NCBI GenBank assembly: GCA_038042325.1
Contig: JBBTEL010000032.1
Span: forward strand, 2,967-35,910
Direction of reading: 5' to 3'
Length of the DNA: 32,944 bases
Origin: Candidatus Methylomirabilota bacterium
Lineage (GTDB): Bacteria; Methylomirabilota; Methylomirabilia; Rokubacteriales; CSP1-6
Within the stretch, counting starts at the first letter, position 1; every line of letters starts with the position of its first letter. The notes beneath the pieces are model-generated. The model was not told the DNA's origin and made no database searches. It saw only the letters and a list, made by a program, of their open reading frames with translations. The position numbers and the translations under genes are program-made. Shown in pieces: positions 28,801-32,944 of this stretch.

Positions 28801-31258
28801 ACGCGCTCCACACCGCGGGCGACGTGCCCGGCAGCATCCACGCGACCACCAGCGTCAGAAAGGCGGCCGGCGCCGACACCGTGCGACGCAGGTTGTCCAG
28901 CATCTTCCAGCGCCCGATCGCCGGGATTTGGGTTCCAAGAATCCACGGAAGCAGCTGCCAGTCGCCGCGCGCCCATCGGTGCTGGCGCGCCGCCGCGACC
29001 CCGTAATGCGATGCAGCGCTTTCGAACAGCTCGACGTCGGTGACGAGGCCGGCACGCGCGAACACACCCTCGAACAAATCGTGGCTCAGCAGCGCGTTCT
29101 CCGGCACCCGTCCCGCCAGCGCCGCCTCGAAGGCGTCCACGTCGTAGATTCCTTTGCCGGTGTAGGAACCTTCCCCCCAGAGGTCCTGGTACACGTCGGA
29201 CACGGCCGCCGCGTACGGGTCGATGCCTGCCGGGCCGGACGAGAGGCGTTGGAAGAACGAGCCCTCGCGTCCTGGGAGGGGCGGCGTGACTCGCGGTTGA
29301 AGCACCGCGTACCCTTCGACGACGCGCCGCCTTCCAGGATCGAACCGAGGCCGATTGAGGGGATGCGCCATCGTGCCGACCAGCCGATCAACCGCGCCTC
29401 TGGGCAGCCGCGTGTCGGCGTCGAGGGTGATGACGTAGCGGATGCCGAAGGGCGCGACGGCGCCCGTGGGCAAGAAGCTGGTGTCCGTCGCCCCTCGCAG
29501 GAGGCGATTCAGCTCGTGGAGCTTGCCGCGCTTGCGCTCCCACCCCATCCACGTCCGCTCGCTCTCGTTCCAAAGCCGCCGCCGGTGGAAGAGAAGGAAT
29601 CGGTCGCTGCCATCCGGCGCGGCGCCGTCGCGCCGGTTCAAACGTGCGATTCCCTCGCGTGCCGCCCCCAGAGTGTCGTCGTCACCCGGCATGCTCTCCC
29701 TAGGCGCATCCACCCAGTCGGAGAGGATGGCGAAGCGAAGATCCCCGTCCGAATTCGCCAAATAATGCACTTCGAGCCGCTCGATCAGCTCGGCGACCTC
29801 GGTGCGATCGGTCAAGAGGGTGGGCACGACAATCATCGTCCGCAGACTCGAGGGCACGCCGTCGCGCAGCTCGAGCCGAGGCAACACCCTCGGCGGGAGC
29901 AGCACCGGGACCCAACGATTCAGGAGCGCGATCACGAGGTCCGAGGCGGGAACCGCGGCCAGAAGCGCGAGCACCAGCAGGCTCACCGGTCCGACGCCGG
30001 ATGCACCTGCAGCGAGGAGGGGCAGCGCGAGCGTGAGCCCACTGAGGACGACGATGGTTCCGAGGTACCCGGGCGTCGCCGACGCGACGTACGCGCGAAA
30101 CACCCGGCGCGTCGCGGGAGGCCGGAAGCCAATCGCCAGCTCGAGGGCCGTGCGCCCGTTGCCGATGAGATAGAAGCCGGGATCGCTCTTCCGGCCGTCG
30201 TCCACGTCCGCGCGGTGCGTCTGAGCAATGGCCTCGCGCGCGACTTCGAGCTCGGGCCGGCCCGAGCCCCGCGCGAGCTCTTCGACCGCGTGCCGGTAGC
30301 GATCGCGGGTCGAGAAGTCCATCGCGACATAGGTGGTGCCCACTCGAAGCACCTCGTCGACCAGGCTGACACTCTCGAAGAATTGGGTCCAGTCGAGCGC
30401 GGACATCAGACTCATACTCATGATCACGTTGCGGACGGTCACGTTCATCGCGGCCTGCCGCTGATGCTCGACGCGGACGATGTCGTCGGATGTCGTCCCC
30501 TGCGCCTGCAGCCGTTGGTCGAGCCAGAGAAGCGCCGGAGTCGCCGCGCGATCTTGCTCCCGCAGCCGCTGGACGAGCTGCACCGTGAAGGCGGTCATCA
30601 GCGGGCCGCTCTCGAATCGCGCGAGGCCCCTCGCGGTCGGCGCGACGGCAGCGTCGCCGACGCCGAGCAGGTTGTCCGCCAGGGCGTCGGCCTCCTGGCG
30701 CGCCGCTCGCCCGCGAACCATGCTCTCCGCCAAGCGCCGAAGATTCTCGACGAGCACGACGCGCAGCGTGATCGCCACCGCCCACAGCTCGCCGATGGTC
30801 AGCGGCTGCACGCGCTGGTAGGCGTGCACGAACCGCCGGAGCGTGTCGGGATCGAACCGGCTATCGGTATGGGCAACGAATGCCCAGGCGATTCCGTAGA
30901 CGCGCGGATAACCGGCGAGCGGTCCGTCGCCCAGCTTGGGTAGCTCGCGATAAAACCCGGGCGACAGGTCGGCGCGGATCTCGCGCAGCTGTTCGTCCAC
31001 GACGTGGAAGTTGTCGACGAGCCATTCTGCCGCCGGAGTGATCGCGCGCTCCTCACGGATGGCGTTGGCGATCACGCGATACGACTCGCGGAGCACGCGA
31101 TCGTTATCCTCGACGCGCGACAATAATCGCCGCCCCCGGCCCGACTGCCTCATGACGCGCTGGGCGGCCGCCAGGCTCTCGGCGTGCTGCTCGAGGCGCT
31201 CGATGCCGAACAGCTCGGCGCGGATCGGGTTTTCGAGAGACTTCCGGGCGATGCGCAT
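22802..31258 (-). CDS. ndvB: Cyclic beta-1,2-glucan synthase (NdvB/ChvB/Cgs type: N-terminal membrane GT84 domain, central region, C-terminal GH94 phosphorylase-like domain)
   Basis: Uninterrupted 2818-aa ORF, the size class of ChvB/NdvB/Cgs. The N-terminus PIRAELFGIERLEQHAESLA and LTIGELWAVAITLRVVLVENLRRLA match the family. The glycosyltransferase DxD region is VITLDADTRLP, with several TM segments. The C-terminal GH94-type blocks are GTGDWNDGMN and GGWTWYTGSAGWMYRAGLESILG. Confidence 0.92.
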   Translation of the reverse strand: MRIARKSLENPIRAELFGIERLEQHAESLAAAQRVMRQSGRGRRLLSRVEDNDRVLRESYRVIANAIREERAITPAAEWLVDNFHVVDEQLREIRADLSPGFYRELPKLGDGPLAGYPRVYGIAWAFVAHTDSRFDPDTLRRFVHAYQRVQPLTIGELWAVAITLRVVLVENLRRLAESMVRGRAARQEADALADNLLGVGDAAVAPTARGLARFESGPLMTAFTVQLVQRLREQDRAATPALLWLDQRLQAQGTTSDDIVRVEHQRQAAMNVTVRNVIMSMSLMSALDWTQFFESVSLVDEVLRVGTTYVAMDFSTRDRYRHAVEELARGSGRPELEVAREAIAQTHRADVDDGRKSDPGFYLIGNGRTALELAIGFRPPATRRVFRAYVASATPGYLGTIVVLSGLTLALPLLAAGASGVGPVSLLVLALLAAVPASDLVIALLNRWVPVLLPPRVLPRLELRDGVPSSLRTMIVVPTLLTDRTEVAELIERLEVHYLANSDGDLRFAILSDWVDAPRESMPGDDDTLGAAREGIARLNRRDGAAPDGSDRFLLFHRRRLWNESERTWMGWERKRGKLHELNRLLRGATDTSFLPTGAVAPFGIRYVITLDADTRLPRGAVDRLVGTMAHPLNRPRFDPGRRRVVEGYAVLQPRVTPPLPGREGSFFQRLSSGPAGIDPYAAAVSDVYQDLWGEGSYTGKGIYDVDAFEAALAGRVPENALLSHDLFEGVFARAGLVTDVELFESAASHYGVAAARQHRWARGDWQLLPWILGTQIPAIGRWKMLDNLRRTVSAPAAFLTLVVAWMLPGTSPAVWSAFILATIAVPSLLPVLRGLIPRGRGISKRSHIRAVGRDIVLGVSQIGLTITMLTHQAWLMSDAIVRTLVRVYVTHRRLLEWVTAAQAKAGLRLDLPGFYRRMGGGVALAAAAAVAVAWGRPEAWPAALPFLMLWAASPAVARWISVPRRTASAQPLSSEDARALRLVGRRTWRFFATFVGPEDHALPPDNFEETPSPAVAHRTSPTNIGLYLLSTVAARDFGWLGTLDAVERLEATLGTMNVLERFRGHFYNWYDTKACHPLDPKYVSSVDSGNLAGHLIALGHACEEMIDRPLLDRAALAGIEDTALLVRLSTLVTAGDAPPRTVIRGRLDEAIDAVTAAVQEPPHDSSEWGSRLAMLKAHAHTVVGIARALVEEDPQSVQTDVLVWAEALCATVESHARDLDMPDTLIRRLTILARSAQAMVGAMDFGFLFDPMRKLFAIGYRVTDGSLDPGRYDLLASEARLASFVAIAKGDVPVSHWFRLGRALTPVERDSVLVSWSGSMFEYLMPALVMRAPAGSLLEQTSRLVVGRQITYGAERGVPWGVSESGYNARDLEMTYQYSSFGVPGLGLRRGLSEDVVIAPYATGLAAMIDPTAAVRNFRRLAAAGASGAYGFYEALDYTAPRLPERAELAVVRAYMAHHQGMVVVAIANALHDGAMRARFHAEPIVQATELLLQERTPRDVAVARPRAEEVQAVGDVREFIPPVVRHFTSPHGSMPRTHLLSNGRYVVMLTTAGSGYSRWRDLAITRWREDVTRDAWGSYVFLRDVDSGESWSAGYQPRGGEPDSYEVTFSEDRAEIVRRDRAIRTTLQVIVSPEDDAEVRRVSLTNSGTKSREVELTSYAEVVLAPAAADAAHPAFSNLSVETECVPELDTLLATRRPRSRAEAQVWLAHVAVVEGETVGQLQWETDRARFVGRGRGIRTPAAVIDGQPLSNTVGAVLDPIVSLRRRVRLPPGVTVRVTFSTLVAPSRAEALGLAEKYRNAATFDRAAMLAWTHAQVQLHHLGIGPDEAHLFQSLASRVLYSDRTLRPSADVLARHTGGPDALWVHGISGDLPIVLVQIHEPEDVAIVRQLLRAHEYWRIKQLAVDLVILNERAPSYVQDLQSLLETLLRTSQSAEPHDGHGPHGNVYIVRADRMTAPQRDVLQAVARAVLSSQRGTLAEQMTRAQRPDAAPVAQPRRPAATKPTPDVAIPQPDLELFNGLGGFEADGREYVTILGEGRWTPAPWLNVIANPSFGFQVSESGSGYTWSVNSRENQLTSWSNDPVSDPPGETIYVRDEETGDLWGPTALPIRSGTSPYVIRHGQGYTRFEHVSHGVSLDLLQLVPLDDSIKISRLTLTNSSGRARRLSVTAYVEWVLGVSRSAAAPFVVTEIDEKTGAMFARNAWSREFGARVAFADLGGTQTAWTADRTEFLGRHGTPDYPAALARRDRLSGRVGAGLDPCSALQATIELPAGGRAEVVFFLGEAASPEQARELIVRYRTRDVAAVLRAVGERWDDVLGTLQVATPDRAMDILLNRWLLYQTLACRVWARSAFYQASGAYGFRDQLQDVMALAVSEPELARQHVLRAAARQFVEGDVQHWWHPPTGRGVRTRISDDPLWLPYVVAQYVEVTGDGTVLDEIVPFLDGPKLVVGQPESYFEPRASEERGTLFEHCARALDHSLTAGTHGLPLMGTGDWNDGMNEVGAEGKGESVWLGWFLHAVLSEWAKLADARGEGERAEKWRSYVSALKESLEHEAWDGDWYRRAYFDDGTPLGSAVNDACRVDSIAQSWSVISAAADPARGARAMAAVDEHLVRRADGLVLLLTPPFDHTPLEPGYIKGYLPGVRENGGQYTHAAIWSAIAFAALGDGDKAVELFAMLNPINHASTEAGVQRYKVEPYVVAADVYAEPPHVGRGGWTWYTGSAGWMYRAGLESILGFRLRGARLVVDPCIPRAWHGFEMVFRYRSARYDIVVENTQGVSRGVSSVEVDGVSLDGELSIMLADDRKTHRVRIVLG

Positions 31259-31621
31259 GCTGCCTTTCTGCCGGGGTTAGCCGGGATTTCCGATATGAAC
31301 CATTCTTGCCTGCTTCCTGCCCTCCCTGGACAGCAAGGTGGGCCACGGGGACTCTGGGCCCGCACCGCTCCTAGCGAGTCACCCGCAGTCGGGCCCGGCG
31401 CTCCCGCCGCTCACCCGTGCTCTCGCTGGCAACTCCCATGAGCTGCCCCTAGCCCAAGAACGTAAGGTTGGCTGGACTCAGAAACGGGGAGGACCGCCAG
31501 CGCGGGCTGATTGACCTAGAGTTACCATAAGATTGTCTATTGGCTGATCATAAAGCAGTTTGGCACACTCGTCGTGACCTGCCCCCAGTTGTTGTACCAG
31601 CGGCTATGTTAGTCCAACCCA

Positions 31622-31650
31622 GCGGGACCTCACGGGATTCGAACCCGTGT
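31622..31650 (-). other. tRNA-like 3' fragment (T-arm plus acceptor 3' strand), no matching 5' half
   Basis: The minus strand reads ACGGG-TTCGAAT-CCCGT-GAGGTCC-C. No complementary GGACCTC, D-arm or canonical anticodon loop exists in the expected 50-70 nt upstream. Confidence 0.35.
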
Positions 31651-31826
31651 TTTAGCCACGACCACGTTTTCGCCAGATATTTCCGATCCCTGGTTCAACT
31701 CGGGGGCCCGCAACGCCGAATGCTACACGGTGCCCACGACCTACTGGATTGACCTTAGATCTTAGCTACTTGCGGCTTCGAAGTCTCGCGCACCAGGTCG
31801 CGGAACACGGGTGAAGGGCGCTGGGC

Positions 31827-32132
31827 CTACGAGGACTCCTCTCTCCTGATCTCGGCGATCTTACGGTCGCGATCATTCGCCAGCCTCTCCTTGTCGCGCC
31901 GTAGATCCTCGTTCAGCCGTTCGATCTCCTCGTGGGTACGGGCGTTGCGAAGCGCGGCCTGGTGGAGGATCTCGCGCTCGGCGACCTTCGCTTTGTAGAA
32001 CTGGCGGCCCTCGGCGATGGCGGCCTTCTGCTCGTCGGTGAGTGGGCGATCATCGATGCTGGCCTCCTTGTCCTTCTGCCGGAGGCGCTCCATCGCCAGC
32101 TCGAACGCGCTCTTCGGGCCGTCGTCGGACAT
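31827..32132 (-). CDS. Hypothetical small charged coiled-coil protein (101 aa)
   Basis: ATG-initiated ORF with host-like GC3-rich codon usage. The sequence is highly charged and helical (EIERLNEDLRRDKERLANDRDRKIAEIRRE). No family was recognised. Confidence 0.55.
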   Translation of the reverse strand: MSDDGPKSAFELAMERLRQKDKEASIDDRPLTDEQKAAIAEGRQFYKAKVAEREILHQAALRNARTHEEIERLNEDLRRDKERLANDRDRKIAEIRREESS

Positions 32133-32293
32133 TAGTCCGTAGTGTAGCAGAGGCCCTCACCCGTTTGTCCTTGCCCATACCCGTCCAGATGGCTACGCTC
32201 GGTCCACTCTTCCTCGGTGGACACCCAAAACCGGCCAGTTGTGGCGGCCCCTCGCGCTAGGGTCGCTGTACACTGTGGCTGGAGGAAACCGCT

Positions 32294-32647
32294 ATGGTAG
32301 TGTACGCGTTCGACGTGGATGAGACACTGGAAGTCAGCAAGGGTCCTGTGAAGCTGTTCGATCTCGTCAAGCTGCGCGAGCACGGCCATATCGTCGGCCT
32401 CTGTGGGAATTGGGCGATGGTGACGCTGCACTGTCCGGACTGGCACCACATCTGCTCGTTCGTGGGGCCATGCGGCATCCAGAAGCACGACTTCTTGCGC
32501 CAGCTGCGGCAGTACATTCCGGCGCATGACTACGTGATGGTCGGCAACATCCTCGGCATTTCCGGTGCGAGCGACGACCGTGGCGCTGCGGAGCGCGCAG
32601 GCTGGCGCTTCATCCAAGAAAGCGAGTTCGCCAAAGGAGTGCGATGA
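32294..32647 (+). CDS. Small HAD-superfamily-like protein (117 aa)
   Basis: GGAGGA lies 8 nt upstream of the ATG. The N-terminal DxDxT motif is FDVDETL; later Lys (QKHDF) and VGN...SDD segments resemble HAD motifs III/IV. The region is lower in GC. Confidence 0.55.
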   Translation: MVVYAFDVDETLEVSKGPVKLFDLVKLREHGHIVGLCGNWAMVTLHCPDWHHICSFVGPCGIQKHDFLRQLRQYIPAHDYVMVGNILGISGASDDRGAAERAGWRFIQESEFAKGVR

Positions 32648-32917
32648 TTGGGTGCGCCTGCGGATCCCCTCATCTTGAGCCAGCGGAGCCGGATTGTTCG
32701 CTTCGCGGTGGAGCATCGCATTCCGGCCATGTTCGAGTTCAGGGAGTTCGTGAGTGACGGTGGTCTGCTCTCCTACGGACCCAACCTCATGGAGATGTTC
32801 CGCCGGTCCGCCACCTACGCGGACAGGATCCTGAACGGCGCCAAGCCCAGCAACATCCCCATCGAGCGGCCGACGAAGTTCGAGCTGTCCGTCAACCGTG
32901 CGTCCAGAGAAAGCTGA
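32648..32917 (+). pseudogene. Internal fragment of an ABC transporter substrate-binding protein gene (ABC_sub_bind / PF04392-like)
   Basis: DPLILSQRSRIVRFAVEHRIPAMFEFREFVSDGGLLSYGPNLMEMFRRSATYADRILNGAKPSNIPIERPTKFEL matches the C-terminal third of this family. The first ~220 aa and the last ~25 aa are absent, and there is no ATG (the ORF opens at a TTG right after a TGA). Confidence 0.65.
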
Positions 32918-32944
32918 CGCGTTCAGCGGGAGGCAATCCCGCCG

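Noticed and set aside
31622-31712. Possible complete tRNA, including a tRNA-Sec-like fold with an 8-bp acceptor stem GCGGGCCC/GGTCCCGC.
   Set aside because: The acceptor pairing needs a mismatch and shifts the T-arm register. No D-arm can be drawn, the only 7-nt loop candidate lacks U33, and no TCA anticodon is present. It was kept only as a tRNA-like 3' fragment.
32645-32647. The in-frame TGA between the HAD-like ORF and the binding-protein fragment, considered as a selenocysteine or readthrough site creating a fusion protein.
   Set aside because: There is no SECIS-like hairpin immediately downstream. The downstream homology is an internal fragment truncated at both ends, so a junction produced by rearrangement is the simpler explanation.
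32132-32716. 194-aa minus-strand ORF overlapping the HAD-like gene and the binding-protein fragment.
   Set aside because: It has no recognisable motif. The plus-strand frames carry a DxDxT motif with a good ribosome-binding site and clear ABC_sub_bind homology, so the minus ORF is taken as antisense noise.

Overview
High-GC bacterial chromosomal window, read by eye only with no database search; a soil-type uncultured lineage is plausible but cannot be determined. Left to right: mnmA; a partial F1Fo ATP synthase operon (atpF-H-A-G-D-C, with no atpB/atpE); a 1.7-kb AT-richer cassette carrying a Fic (AMPylase-type) gene, inserted just after atpC and bracketed by diverged direct repeats that duplicate the atpC 3' end; a signalling operon (receiver, HD-GYP phosphodiesterase, degenerate CPBP-like membrane protein, GAF histidine kinase); two tandem DUF507-like genes followed by ubiX, a GT2 glycosyltransferase and a Gfo/Idh/MocA oxidoreductase; a minus-strand operon (RHH protein, hybrid histidine kinase with two receivers, receiver, receiver-class III nucleotidyl cyclase) preceded by tRNA-Leu(CAG); and smpB plus tmRNA (ssrA). 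Right after ssrA lies a decayed integrative-element remnant: an N-terminally truncated large serine recombinase that reads into the ssrA 3' end, and a MuF-like phage fragment. Next comes an 8.46-kb gene for a 2818-aa cyclic beta-1,2-glucan synthase (NdvB/ChvB/Cgs type). The right end is a patchwork: a 570-bp non-coding stretch with a tRNA-like 3' fragment, a small coiled-coil ORF, a small HAD-like ORF and an internal fragment of an ABC substrate-binding protein gene. I saw no CRISPR array, transposase or recognisable defence operon. The most unusual items are the integrase-less Fic cassette using the atpC terminus as its attachment or homology site, a two-hairpin REP-like element nested in only one of the two repeat copies, and the tmRNA-linked island remnant next to the giant glucan synthase. 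Most other long ORFs in the six-frame track are antisense artefacts of the high GC content.
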